Program-made: the position numbers and the translations under genes
Source: Octopus sinensis
Lineage: Eukaryota
NCBI RefSeq assembly: GCF_006345805.1
Contig: NC_043021.1
Coordinates: 9,982,001 to 10,046,000, forward strand
Direction: 5' to 3'
Length of the DNA: 64,000 nt
Notes under the pieces: model-generated
The model's input: the letters and a program-made list of their open reading frames with translations, nothing else
What the model was told of the DNA's origin: nothing
The model's database searches: none
Shown here: in pieces, positions 48,135-61,522 of the stretch
Numbering within the stretch: the first letter of the stretch is position 1
Layout of the letters: each line of letters starts with the position of its first letter

Positions 48135-48650
48135 GCAGAATTCTGATTCAAGTACATCATATAACTACTCATAACTTTTTGGAATTTTCAGGAAATTTTT
48201 GCGAATTCCTGATTAAAACACGAGAATATACGATTATATAAAAATAAATTACTTTAATGCTCCCTTCCATAAATCCTAAAATTTCCACTCTTTTTCGATT
48301 AAAAAAAATTAGTTTAAAACACGGACAGTCCGAACTTAATGCTTAAAGTCCAGCAATGGATCGCCCTTGGGTGCACCATCATTCCATTAGATGTGTTTAT
48401 GGAGAAAAAAATACTGAAAAACAATACATGTCAGGGACAAAGAAACAAAGAAGATATCAGGTAGTCGTGAGATGTGCTAAAAATAACAGCTACATCACTC
48501 TTAAATCTCTCTTTCTCTCTCTCTCGCACACTATTTTTTTTTTGCATAATCGCATGAATTCTCGCGTGTATTACACAAGTTCGCAAAATTTTTCTGAAAA
48601 TTCCATAAAATAAAAAAAAATGTTATGAGGCGCTTAAACCAGAATTCCGT
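48135..48650. mobile_element. Foldback/MITE-like element with long imperfect inverted arms
   Basis: cataactttttggaattttcaggaaatttttgcgaa (~48171-48205) vs ttcgcaaaatttttctgaaaattcca...gttatg (~48581-48628). Confidence 0.45.
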
Positions 48651-48774
48651 CGAATTGTGTCCCCCACGGACTTTGTTTCCTTATAACTTTCCGAAAAGTT
48701 GATATTTTTTTAATGAAATTTTCAACAAATTCCATTCAGAAATTGTAGGTTACAATTATATCTGAATATAACTC

Positions 48775-49190
48775 TCTCTTTACTCTTTTACTTGTTTCAG
48801 CCATTTGACTGCGGGCATGCTGGAGCACCGCCTTTAGTCGTGCATATCGACCCCAGGACTTATTCTTTGTAAACCTAATACTTATTCTATCGGGATTCTT
48901 TTGCCGAACGGCTAAGTGACGGGGACGTAAACACACCAGCATCGGTTGTCAAGTGATGTTGGTGGTACAAACACAGACACACAAACATATACACACACAT
49001 ACACATACATATATGTACATATATACGACGGGCTTCTTTCAGTTTCCGTCTACCAAATCCACTCACAGGGCTTTGGTCGGCCCGAGGCTATAGTAGAAGA
49101 CACTTGCCCAAGGTGTCACGCAGTGGGACTGAACTCGGAACTATGTGGTTGGTAAGCAAGCTATTTTCGACACAGCCACTCCTGTGCCTA
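48775..49190 (-). mobile_element. SINE family A, full-length copy
   Basis: Reverse complement of 7135-7560. Confidence 0.88.
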
Positions 49191-49479
49191 AAGGGTGAGT
49201 CACTGATTGGGAGTGAACCTAGAATCTTGGGGTTAGTAGCCCGCGCTCTTAACCACTACACTATATAACGCGGAAAAAAAGGAAAAATAAAACAAAACAA
49301 AAAATGGGTGGTCACGCTCGCATATATACTGACATGCTTCACATAGGTCGCTGTTTACCTATGATGGCTCTGCACCTGGGGTTCTCAGCCATTATCTATG
49401 GACTCTTTTGATTATTATTTTATTCTGGTGGACTCCCATAGCCATTCGATGTTTAAAAATTATAATAATAATAATATAA

Positions 49480-49800
49480 TAATGAAATTATTGTATACAG
49501 TGCTCAGGTGCACCACAACTTGTCAGAGTATGTGCAGTAATGTACAAATGTCTGGGAAGTGAACAGTGTATGAGTCAGATACATGCTTGCGTGTGTATGG
49601 ATGGGAGAAAATCAGGTGTAGTGTTGGCGAATCTCAGAAAGCATGGAAGTTTTGAAGGATGCAGTACTCCGACAACTAACAACTGATGCTGGCAGTTTGT
49701 TCCATGCTTCAGCAACTCTCAGCGTGAAAAAAATGTTTCCTGAAGTCATGGGAGCTGTGCTGTTTTCTGACTTTGTAAATATGTCCACGGGTGTTAGATG
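49480..49800 (-). mobile_element. CR1-group LINE 3' end
   Basis: [20 protein letters not shown]...FK...EIRQHYT; same tail as 2860-3440. Confidence 0.85.
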
Positions 49801-50219
49801 GGTGGAGTTTGAAAAGGTGCTCAGAGTTAGTTTTATTGAAACTTCTTTCAAATTTCCTATTTTGTTTTTTTACACATTCACTTTTGTAGATTGACCTACG
49901 TGAAACGTTGGAGAAAGAAACCTAGTTTCTTTCTTGCAATACATAACCAATACATACATCTAAAACGAAATTTTTTTCAAGGGGTCCTTAAAATACTGTT
50001 GTGGATCCCCGATTTATTGTTTTATGTGGACCCTCAGGGGCCATATGGGGGCCTGGTTGAAAACTGCTGCTCTTCACGGTCGTCTGATCTGCTAGAGGTA
50101 ACATCAAATATCCCTCAAATCAACTTTTTTTCTTTTTTTATGTTGTTCTATGGAAATTGTTGGGGGCGAAGAGGTTTCACTGCTTTTGGTCATAATTTTA
50201 CGGGATCTTGAACCAATTT

Positions 50220-50283
50220 GTCATCATCATCACCACCACCACACCACCACCACCACCACCACCACCACCACCACCATCATCAC

Positions 50284-50323
<40 letters not shown>
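50220..50323. repeat. Compound (CAC)n(CAT)n microsatellite
   Basis: Read directly. Confidence 0.95.
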
Positions 50324-50324
<1 letters not shown>

Positions 50325-51158
50325 ATTTTACGTGTCCTTAAGAACCCTCTGTGAACAGCTACTTTTATAATATGAAAAAAAAAACCAACCCAAAAAACAA
50401 AAACGCCCTTTTGTTTTGAGACGAAGAGACAGTTCCGAAACACCAAATTCCTCTTCTCCCCACGGCACGCGAACTCATCCAAACTTAAGGATCAACACAA
50501 ATCACTGTACCGACTAGCCTGTCGGATGTTGCTACATACCGCTGGTCACAATGCGCTTCCTCGCATTGTTGTAGCTTCTGAGTGATGCCACCCTGAGGCT
50601 AGACGGGTAGGGTTGCCCATTTAAAACTGTGTCGATCGTAGTAACGTGAAATGAAGCCTTTTGCTCAAAAACACAACGGACTGCCTGTCTAGGAATCGAA
50701 CCCACGATCTCGCGATACAACATTCAAACTACTTGAATTCGTGCCTTCACAATCAGTATACATATTTATTGTAATTCGGATAATCACTGAAGTATTTGGC
50801 TCCTACTTTATTTTATCGATATCAGAAGGATAATGAAAACGAAAGCTGACCGCGGTCAGCGATTTTGACGAGAACGTAAAAAGGCTGCCCTTAATTAGTG
50901 CAGGTACTTTGTCCGACATTCCATCGATTCTTCCAATCCTCTACCTCGATTTAAATTTTTAAATAATTTTCTTTCGCTTAAGAACCGACAAATGATGGGT
51001 CCATGTTAAATCCCACTTTGTGGCACCTTGGACAAATGTCTTCTATTATGGCTTCATGCCGACCAAAGCCTTGCGAGTGGATTTAGTAAACGGAAACTGA
51101 AAGAAGCACGTTGTGTATGTGTGCGTGTGTATATAAAATGTATGTATGTATATATGTC

Positions 51159-51190
<32 letters not shown>

Positions 51191-53699
51191 TGTATGTATG
51201 TATGTATGTATGTATGTATGATGTATGTATGTATGTGTGTGTGTATGACTATTTGTGTGTGTGTGGGGATGGGTGGGCGTTTATGTCCCAATACCGCTTG
51301 ACAACTCGGTGTTGGTGTGTTTACATCCCTGTAACTAAGCGGTGCGGCAAAAATACACTAGAAAAGTATTAGGCTAAGAAAAAAAAGTCGTGGGGTTGAT
51401 TTGTTCGACTGAAAGCCTTTAAGTTGGTGCCCCAGCATGGCCACAGTCAAAGTGACTGAAACAAGTCAAAAAGAAAAAATGATAACAGAGAATAAAAAAA
51501 AACCCTTAGTTTTCAATTCTGAACACACAAAAAAAACAGACGATCACAGAATGATTTATTTAAGTCTATATTATCAGTAATTATTAAATTTATATATTTT
51601 CAAATTAAAAAAAAAAAATTCTTTTTTAATACATGAAGAGAAGTCCCCATTGAATTCAATCAAAATATTTGGCGTGTAACTGGAGCTTCCAGGGTACACA
51701 TCTAACCCAATTGACTCTGAATCTCGTTACGTTTTTGTGTGAAGGGAAGTAACTCTTAAACGTGACAAATTTTCAGTGATTCACTTTTCCTGGATGCTCC
51801 AGTTTTTAATTGTGAGGAAACTACTGCAAATACTCCAAGGACACAGACATTGTGTCTAAAGCCAGCTTGAGACGAAGATCTCTTGGGGCTATAAAGCTAC
51901 AGTAACACCCCCTCCCCAATGTGGTTAGCCATGATAAGATGGCTTCTATACTTTACATACTCAAGTTTGTTTCCTCATAATTAAAAAAAACAACAAAAAA
52001 ACAAAATGCATATTTTTCAAATGAATTTTCCTATAATTATATTTTAGATGGTGTAGATTCTGATTATATCGGAATTTGTTGTGAGGGGGCTTCCTCTTGG
52101 GGGTTAGAAATGGTGTGAGGGTCTTCCTCTTGGGGTTAAAAACGGTTGTAACGTCGGTTCGTACGGAACAGCTATGTCGAAGTGGCGACAAACATTACTT
52201 CTCAGTTATTACTTTAATCACTAACAGAGATTTTCTAACTAGCTACTTTGCTTGTTTGGAAAAAAAACCTTTTCGGAAAGGGAAAGAGGAGTTTCAGATA
52301 ATTCACAGGAGTCGATTTTGTTTCCTCATAATATATAATATATAATATAATGAAATTATTGTATACAGTGCTCAGGTGCACCACAACTTGTCAGAAAGTG
52401 CGTATAAAGTATATGCAGTAATGTACAAATGTCTGGAAAGCGAACAATGTATGAGTCAGATACATGCTTTGTGTGTATGGAGGGGAGAAAATCAGGTGTA
52501 GTGTTGGCGAATCTCAGAAAGCATGGAAGTTTTGAAGGATGCAGTAAAAACTGTTATGTTAAAATGAAAAAATTTTCACAAATAGCTTTCAGATGATGTA
52601 GTTTACAATTATTTCAAAATTCGTTGTGAAAAATAAAGAGAAGAAAAAAATAGGCGGGCAAGCACGCAAACATGCTGACAAATTGCCTGACTGTGAAAAT
52701 GTTTGAAAATCGATGGAAGAATGTAGCACGGATGTTGCGAGTGAATGTAACCTCATGAATGCGACGCGGGACCTATCTCAGGTATCAGTGGCGAGGCGGG
52801 ACTCGTGGGGTCCGAATTGAACCCGCCTTCCCACTCCATCCGTAATGTCTTCCGGTCTGAGCTATCATTCAATTTATTTATATTTTTGTGAATTTTTAAT
52901 GTTATCTTTATATTATATCCATCCGTCCATCTGACCCCAATCAGATTGTATTGTCCCTTATCATGTTGTCCCCTTGTGGGAAATAAAAAAAATCACGCAT
53001 CACAACTTTCCTTTATCTTCTACTTGTTTCAGTCATTAGACTGCGGCCATTCTGGGGCATCGCCTTTAAGAATTTTTAGTCGAATTTTTAAAAGTCTGGT
53101 ATCTATTGTATCGGCTGCTTTTGGCGAACTGCTAAGTAAACACCAAAACCTGCAGTGGACATCCCACCCCCTACACACAAACACGACGGACTTCTTTCAG
53201 TTTCCGTCTACCAAAACTACTCACATAGCCTGCTTTTGTCGGACCGAGGCTACAGTAGAAGACGCTTGCCCAAAGTGTCACGCGGTGCGACTGACCCGGA
53301 ACAATGTGACTAGGAAGAAAGCTTCTTAACCACAGTCACGCATTTGTCCACTTTTGTATGTCTACAAAATAAAATTTGTAATTTAAAAAAGAAACTGATA
53401 ATGTAGCAGTAAGCAAGTGTGCACGGCTAACAATTTTTCTCCCACGTTAAATTCCTATGTAATTGTTATACCATCTGAAAGGTGTTTGTAGAAAATTTCA
53501 TTAAAAAAAAAGATATCCGTTTCTTTGAAAGTTGTGTGGGAACTAAGTCGATCGAAGCTGTTGTGTAAGGTATGTCGCTTTATGAACATACAGGCTTTCA
53601 GAAAATTATTCATTTAGTAAAGTTATTTTATAGGCCAAAACAGGATTCAAAGCAAATTCTACGGCTCCTTGAAAAATGTGTCTTCTATTGTCGAATATA

Positions 53700-53753
53700 C
53701 ATACATACATACATGCATGAATGCATGCATATGTGTATGTGTGTGTGTGTGTA

Positions 53754-53785
<32 letters not shown>

Positions 53786-53856
53786 TGTATGTATGTATGT
53801 ATATATGTATGCATGCATGTGTGTATGTGTTTATCTATATCTACCTACATAACCTA

Positions 53857-53929
<73 letters not shown>

Positions 53930-54010
53930 CTGTCTTTCTGTCTATCCGTCCATCCGTCCATCCATCCATCCATCCATCCATCCATCCATCCATCCATCTT
54001 TCTATCTATG
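53700..54010. repeat. Compound microsatellite series (TG)/(TGCG)/(TATG)/(TC)/(TA)/(CCAT)
   Basis: Read directly. Confidence 0.95.
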
Positions 54011-54347
54011 GATCTCCGCCGTTCTTCGAAATGATTCTGTTCTTCTATCAGTTAAACAATCTGCTCCTATACAAACGAGTAAGTGGTTGAGTATTCCGGA
54101 AACACGTATGCACTTAATGCCATTCTTAGGCATAATCGGCATGAATACAGCATGTGACAAGGCTGCGTTTATTGAATTACAAGTATGGACCACTCGTCTG
54201 GCTTCTATGAGGTTTCCGTCTGCACAGTTTCAATTACAAGGTACAGGTGGACCCAAAGCCATAGCAAATGATACTTGCTCAAGTACCGCGCAATGAGATC
54301 GAACCTGGGACTTAAGATGTGATTTTAACTATTCGGCTATACCGCTG

Positions 54348-54612
54348 GGATGGATGGACGGTTGGGTGAGCAGGCGGATGGACGGACGAATGGACGGACC
54401 GACGAACGGTCAGATGGACGGACAAACGGTCAGACGGATGGACGAATGGTCGGGCGAACACAGATTGGTGAAAGGACAGACAAGCGAACAAGAGGATTGA
54501 CGGGTGGACGGACGGACGTGGGGATAGACAGGTGGACAGATAGACGGGGAGACAGATGAGGAGATGGATGGGATAACGGATGGGGGAGGGACGGGGTGCG
54601 GACGGGCGGATT
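54348..54612. repeat. Degenerate (GGAC/GGAT)n tetranucleotide tract
   Basis: Read directly. Confidence 0.85.
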
Positions 54613-56079
54613 CTTTATTCGTTTTCACTAGCGTAAAAAAAAACTTTCAGATCGAGGGGGAACAACTCTGTATCGAATATCAGAAATTGACTGCAAAAAC
54701 TTTTTTATTGCAAACTTCTTTTAAGTGTTAACGACGCAAATTTCTTTCCAGTACTCTCCACATAATTGTACGCGGAAGTCAAAATAGCGAGGCATTAAAA
54801 ATATCGGGGCCCTCGTATACTACATTGTAAATAGAATGAACAGTAAAAAGGATAACACAAGAGAAACAAAGTCTCACAAATAAGGTATCAGACTAACACT
54901 TTCATGGAATGAAAAAGTGTTTTAACATTTCGGGCGTTGGTTTTTCAGCAGAAGAAAGCCACAGACGATGACTTGCCCTAATACAATATGTATATATCTT
55001 GTTTCAGCAGTTATTGAATCAGAAGCTTTAAGGGATTTCAATAATGTCCTGCTGCTAATAAAAATGACAAATATTCTCATTATCATTGTCGAACTTACAT
55101 TGGAATCAATTATTGGATGAGTTTCCATATTTTACTCAAATCACATAGAACTACATTGGTCATTGCCACCTGCTATATGCAAAAATATGGACAATATATG
55201 CAAGTATGTGTGTGTGTGTCTTCAGTCTTTTGATTTAGTCCATGATCCTCTCTCAACTGACCAAGATATTTTAAATTTTCATTGCATTTATCATCTTTCT
55301 GGTGTCGGAAAACGGATGTTGGTGCGTATGAGTCTGTTTTCAAACATAATTTTGGAGAACTGAAAAGGAAAATTTACGTCATCTTGTCTTACTCATTTTG
55401 CCCCATTTACATATGCGTTTTACATGCTCAAAGAGAACGGTGATAATTTTCTGAAATAATGTTCTGAATATGTTATAGTGTTTTTAAAACATTTAGAGAA
55501 GGTCATTTGTTTAACTTGTGGAGGTACATGGCCTAGTGATTAGAGCAGCGGACTCGCGGTCGAGGGGTCGCGGGTTCAAATCTCAGACCGGGCGATGTGT
55601 GTGTTTATGAGCGAAACATCTAAGCTCCGCGCGGCTCCGGCAGAAGATAAGGGTGAACTTCTGCTGACTCTCTCGCTACAAGTTTTTCTCACTCTTTCCC
55701 CCTGCATCATGCAGCTCACCTGCGAAGGACTGGCGTCCCGACCAGGTGGGGGAACCTATGCGCCAAGGAAAGCGGCCCTATGAGCCAGGCATGGCTCGAG
55801 AAGGAACAAACATTTGTTTAACTTATATAGTTTGTGTGTGCGCTTTGAGTCTTGATGTAGTCAAGTTTCGTTAATTTCATATCAGGTGTCATTTTTCCAT
55901 GAGCCTCTTTCAAATTAACTTAGATGTTTTAAATTCTCGTCGCATTTCTCACTTTTCTGATATCAAAAGATGGATGCTGATGTGTATGACTCTGCGTTTC
56001 AAATGTTATTCTAGAAAACTGAAAAAGCAAATTTATCTTATCTTGTCTTACTCATTTTGCCCCACCTAAATTTGCCCTT

Positions 56080-56339
56080 ATAAGCATTTTTAGAGAGTTA
56101 CTTCCCTTATATAACCCGAGCAAAAATCATTAAAAATGCGGATAAAGGATGGTAAATGTTTTTTTTAAATCGTAGACTCATCGTTGACGCGCGCTAATAC
56201 CCAGAAGGGCTAGATATGAATGACGACTATAAGATACCCGCTTTTGGTTAAACTGCACTGCAAAATGTGGGAGTAGTTAGGAATCTAAATCGGAGGAGAC
56301 AGAGTCTCACACACACAACTTCAATTTTATATATAAAGA
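56080..56339 (-). mobile_element. Helitron-like element, truncated copy
   Basis: Reverse complement of 22510-22760 region. Confidence 0.65.
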
Positions 56340-56658
56340 TATATATAATATATATAAATATATATAACAAAACAGGTCAATGGAAATTTTTGGGTATTAT
56401 TTATTCTCTATTTTACGTGTTTTATTTCCTAATAGGAATTACAATTAATGAATGAAACATGTGTAAAGGAAAATAGTACCAGAAGAATTTCATTTTCCTG
56501 CTTTATTTTTTACAATAACTCTGCCAAACGTATTTCCATAATTCTCAATTTCAATATGTATTTTGATTAAAAGCAACAATGGATACATATTGATTGTAAT
56601 AATGGAATAAACATGAATTTCAAGAGGAAACAGCTGGTATTCACCCTAACTACCTACA

Positions 56659-56721
<63 letters not shown>

Positions 56722-56740
56722 TATTCTAAAATGTAACTAC

Positions 56741-56930
56741 AGGTGGACCGTTGGCGTTTTTCCCCTTCTTTCTTCCTTTTCTTTTGGACTCTCCTGTTTC
56801 TGACGAAGAACTTTGCTCGAAACGTAAAGCAACCACTCTTTCTTTCCTTCTCCGAGCGTCTTATTAATACTTTGCATGTACTACGTACTCGCGTTGCTTT
56901 TTTTTCTTGTCTTTTTACTCCATTTAAAAT
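56741..56930 (+). mobile_element. Penelope-like element terminal fragment between (TA)n tracts
   Basis: Similar (opposite strand) to 61293-61505 and 63450-63630; carries a hammerhead motif. Confidence 0.55.
56796..56830 (+). ncRNA. Minimal hammerhead ribozyme motif, second copy
   Basis: GTTT-CTGACGA-A-GAACTTTGCTC-GAAA-CGT-A-AAGC; core intact, one mismatch in helix II. Confidence 0.6.
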
Positions 56931-57349
56931 AAATTATATATATATATATATATTTTTATATAAATAGGTTTGAGAGACAGAACCACCTTCAAGCAACTCA
57001 AACAACATTGAACGACATTATCTATGATAGAGATATATAAGATTAACTTTTATCAAAATTAATATCTACAATTACGATTCTGAGTCATATATTAAATTAT
57101 TTTGACAACGCGCGTTTCATGACAATATATCTATCTATCGGTATTGCTGAAATAGAAGGTCTCGAAATTCAACCATTAGAAAAAAGTTTTAATCGATTTT
57201 CTCGGTAACTATGGGGGGGGGGGAGGAAAAAATAGAAACCACATTCCACTGAATGCATCCGTCTTCACATTGTGCCATTTTTCACGCGAATCCACCCTGC
57301 CGTTTGACTGTGAGCCTCAAGACAAAAAGAATACAACGATCGCCCATGT

Positions 57350-57389
<40 letters not shown>

Positions 57390-57435
57390 ATACATGTATA
57401 TAGATATAGACATATATTTATACATAGATACATAC

Positions 57436-57505
<70 letters not shown>

Positions 57506-57514
57506 CATACATAC

Positions 57515-57546
<32 letters not shown>

Positions 57547-57601
57547 ATATATATATAGATATAGATTATATATGTATCTTAATAGACACACATCATATAT
57601 G

Positions 57602-57641
<40 letters not shown>

Positions 57642-57878
57642 ATATATAATAATATATATATATATAGATATATATATAGATATATACACTCACACACACA
57701 CACACACATTAGACATGTGCGTGTGCGCATTCTTGTATGATTCACATGACCGTCCTTCGCTTACGTCATTTGTTGTATCATTTTGTAATTGAAGTGGTTT
57801 TAATGGAATCAACAGCACAAAACATTCTTTGTTTTAAGTAGAGACACTTTGTGCCGTCGAAAAGCAGCAGCAATCACA

Positions 57879-57918
<40 letters not shown>

Positions 57919-59509
57919 AAGAAAACAAAATCGTAATTGAATTGGGAGATGTATATGGGGAAAAACACACACAAAAAAAACCGAGGACACAAAACCGTTT
58001 CGTCTGAATTTCTCCTTTGTCTATATTCACAACACAATTAAAAAAAAATTTTTTTATCAGAATCACAATAAGGAAATGTCCAAATTTGTAAATTTAAACG
58101 TTACTGGTCGAGTGAAAAAGAGGAGTTCCCATTAACAACTTAACAATCATATCGCCGCAAGTTGAAGCGGTCCCGATTATAGGAAGTGGATGTCTGTACG
58201 CGTAATATATGGGATGTTTTAAAATGACTCAAGTAGTATATGATTCGTGTTAATAGATAAACGATTTTTGGTGCCACTTTGGCGCGCGGTCTACTTGACC
58301 ATTTACACCTTTAGCCTGCAGTCTAACTCTAATCTTAACCCTAACCCTTAACCTAAACCCTAACCTTAACCACTAAGCTTAAGCACTAACCCTTGTCATA
58401 AATTCTTATTTCTTCATTGCCCACAAGGGGCTAAACATAGAGGGGACAAACAAGGACAGACAAACGGATTAAGTCGATTAAATCGACTCCAATGCGTAAC
58501 TGGTACTTATTTAATCGACCCCGAAAGGATGAAAGGCAAAGTCGACCTCGGCGGAATTTGAACTCAGAACATAGCGGAAGACGAAATACCTATTTCTTTA
58601 CTACCCACAAGGGGCTAAACGCAGAGAGGACAAACGAGGACAGACAAACGGATTAAGTCGATTATATCGACCTCAGTGCGTAACAGGTACTTAATTTATC
58701 GACCCCGAAAGGATGAAAGGCAAAGTCGATCTCGGCGGAATTTAAACTCAGAACGTAACGGCAGACGAAATACGGCTACGCATTTCGCCCGGCGTGCTAA
58801 CGTTTCTGCCGGCTCGCCGCCTTTACATAAATTATTCTAGTCTAACCCAAACGTTGAACTCACGTACCTGAATCGAACCGGAGACGAACCGGATCGAATC
58901 GCCAGTCTATGGCTATATATATAAATGATGTAAAAACCAATTGCTGGTATGCCACGGCGATGCATACGAATGACTAAATGAAAGAAAGGAGTTTGATCAA
59001 ATACATTTCATGGTTTATTGTCCACTCTTCAAACACTATCCATTTCAACGAATAGCTTGTGACTGATTTAAATGGCGATTGCTATGACATTTTCTTCATA
59101 TGTAGAAGGATGAGGATAATTGTCTTCTGACGAGCAGCCAATCAGTCATGAAACCTGTTAGGAAACAATCTCTTAATATTTTATGTTTGTCAAGAGAATA
59201 ACAAGACGGATTCACACCGGTTCATTTTTCTCAGGGTAGACATTACAAGCAATACAGATCAAATCTATTTTCGATTTTCTAACACACACGATTTATTCTT
59301 TTATTCTTTTACTTGTTTCAGTCATCAGAGTGCGGCCATGCTGGGGTACTGTTGTGGAGAATTTTAGCATAATAAATCAGCCCCACTACTTTTATTTTTT
59401 AAGTTGATACTTATTTTATAAGTCTTTTATGCCGAACCGCCAAGTTACGGTTAATTCCACCCCGCCACACTGGTTATCAAGCGGTAGTGGAGAAATCACA
59501 GACACATAC

Positions 59510-59553
<44 letters not shown>

Positions 59554-60379
59554 CACAAACACACACGCACACACATTCGCACGCACGCGCACTCACATAC
59601 AACGGTTGTTTTTCAGTTTCCGTCTGCCAAATCCACTCACAAGGCTTTGGGCGGCGGCTATATTAGACGACACTTACCCAATGTGTCACGCAGTGGGACT
59701 GAACCCGGAACCATGCGGTTGGGAAGCAAGCTGCTTACCACACAACCACGCCTGCGCTTATTCGTGTATAAAAATATTTTCCCGGATTTAGAAGTTCCTC
59801 CACAACTGCTAAACATTTTCCTTCTTCAACTAATAACACTAAGCCAATCTGCTAATATGCCTTAAATTATTCTCATATTGTAATTAGCTGAGTCACCATC
59901 AATTTATACTAATATTCCGTTAGTGTAAGGCGACGAGGTGACATAATCATTAGCACGCTGGGGGAGATGCTTAGCGGCATTCCGTCCGTCTTTACGTTCT
60001 GAGTTCAAATTCAGCCGAGGTCGATATTACCTTTTATCCTTTCGGGTTTGATAAAATAAAAAAAAAACAAACAGTTGAGTACTGGGGTCGACGCAATCCA
60101 CTCATCCCCATCTCCAAAATGCTGACCTTGTGCTGAAGTCCCAAATCAGTATTCCGTTAGTTCGGTAATAATCTTACGGAACACTGTTATCAGGAAGAAT
60201 TCGATTAATGAATAGGTGCAGGAGTGGCTATGTGGTAAGAAAACTTGCTTCCCAACCACATGGTTCGGGGTTCAGTACCACTTCATGGCACCTTGGACAA
60301 GTGTCTTCTACTACTACCTCGGGCAGGTCGACCAAAGCCTTGTGAGTGGATTTGGTTGACAGAAACTGAAAGAAGCCCG

Positions 60380-60459
<80 letters not shown>

Positions 60460-60786
60460 ATATAATATATAAACAAATTCAAAATGCGATAAAATAAATT
60501 AATTATTATCGCTGTGTGTTTCTAGCACAAGCCATAATTATTCATATATAAGTACATTAAAAGGCGAAGTAATGTACTAGAAACACAGAAGCTTGATAAA
60601 TTTAGTGAAATGAAAATAAAAACGTTTACTAACTCGGTTCCTCTTAGACTGCAGTTTCGTTCTTTTCAGTAATAAAAATAATTTAATTACTCAGGGAGAA
60701 TTCATCGGTAAGAGCCCTGTTATTGTGAAATCGCACCTCACTAGAAACATGTGCGTCTAATAATTTGCTCTCTCTAACTATATATA

Positions 60787-60846
<60 letters not shown>

Positions 60847-61253
60847 TATATATATATATGTATATGTATGTATGTATGTATGTGTGTATGTATGTATGTA
60901 TAGTGGCTGTGTAGTAAGAAGCTTGCTTCCCAACCACATGGTCTCGGGCCGACCAAAGTCTTGTGAATGGATTTGGTTGGTGGAAGACTGATAGAACCCG
61001 TCGTATATAAATATATATATATATGTTTGTGTGTCAGTGTTTGTTCCCCTGCCACCGTCGCTTGATGAGCGGTGTTGATGTGTTTATGTCCCCCGTAACT
61101 TAGCGGCTCAGCAAAAGAGACCGATAGAATAAGTACTAGGCTTACAGACAATAGGTTCTGGGGTCGTTTTTTTCGACTAAAAGCGGTGCTCCAGCATGGC
61201 CGCAGTCAAATGACTGACAGTAAAAAAATAAGAATATATATATATATATATAT

Positions 61254-61292
<39 letters not shown>

Positions 61293-61293
<1 letters not shown>

Positions 61294-61505
61294 TAATCCA
61301 AACATGAAAACACAAAGAGAAAACACAACAATTCGAGGACGTGGAACAAATATAGTATTATTGGACGCTCAGGAAGGAAGGGAAGAAGGAGGGTTTTACG
61401 TTTCGAGTGGAGCTCTTCGTCAGAAACATAGGAAAAGGAAAGATCCAGGGAAGGGAAGACGGAGGGAAAAAAATCGCCAACGGTACACACGCGGTCACAG
61501 TTTGA
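61293..61505 (-). mobile_element. Penelope-like element terminal fragment
   Basis: Same family as 56741-56930; hammerhead motif; (TA)n flanks. Confidence 0.55.
61393..61427 (-). ncRNA. Minimal type I hammerhead ribozyme motif in a Penelope-like terminal repeat
   Basis: Minus strand GTTT-CTGACGA-A-GAG-CTCCA-CTC-GAAA-CGT-A-AAAC: intact core, helix I GTTT/AAAC, helix II GAG/CTC, palindromic ACGT helix III. Confidence 0.7.
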
Positions 61506-61522
61506 ATATATATATATATATA

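Noticed and set aside
50150-50482. Poly-H/T/I and poly-D/G/V ORFs
   Set aside because: Trinucleotide microsatellite, with no splice or start context.
54035-54064. tctgttcttctatcagttaaacaatctg, resembling part of U2 snRNA
   Set aside because: Only ~30 nt of gapped similarity; no U2 5' end, branch-site pairing region or Sm site.
54922-55128. 68-aa hydrophobic minus-strand ORF suggesting a receptor fragment
   Set aside because: No recognisable motif or supporting splice structure.
55262-56065. ~150 bp direct repeat pair (55262-55405, 55922-56065) that could be LTRs
   Set aside because: Highly diverged, no TG...CA ends or PBS/PPT, and the interior is a SINE; more likely two fragments of an old DNA element.
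59120-59170. Hammerhead-like CTGACGA...GAAACCTGTT
   Set aside because: Helix II cannot form between the core segments.
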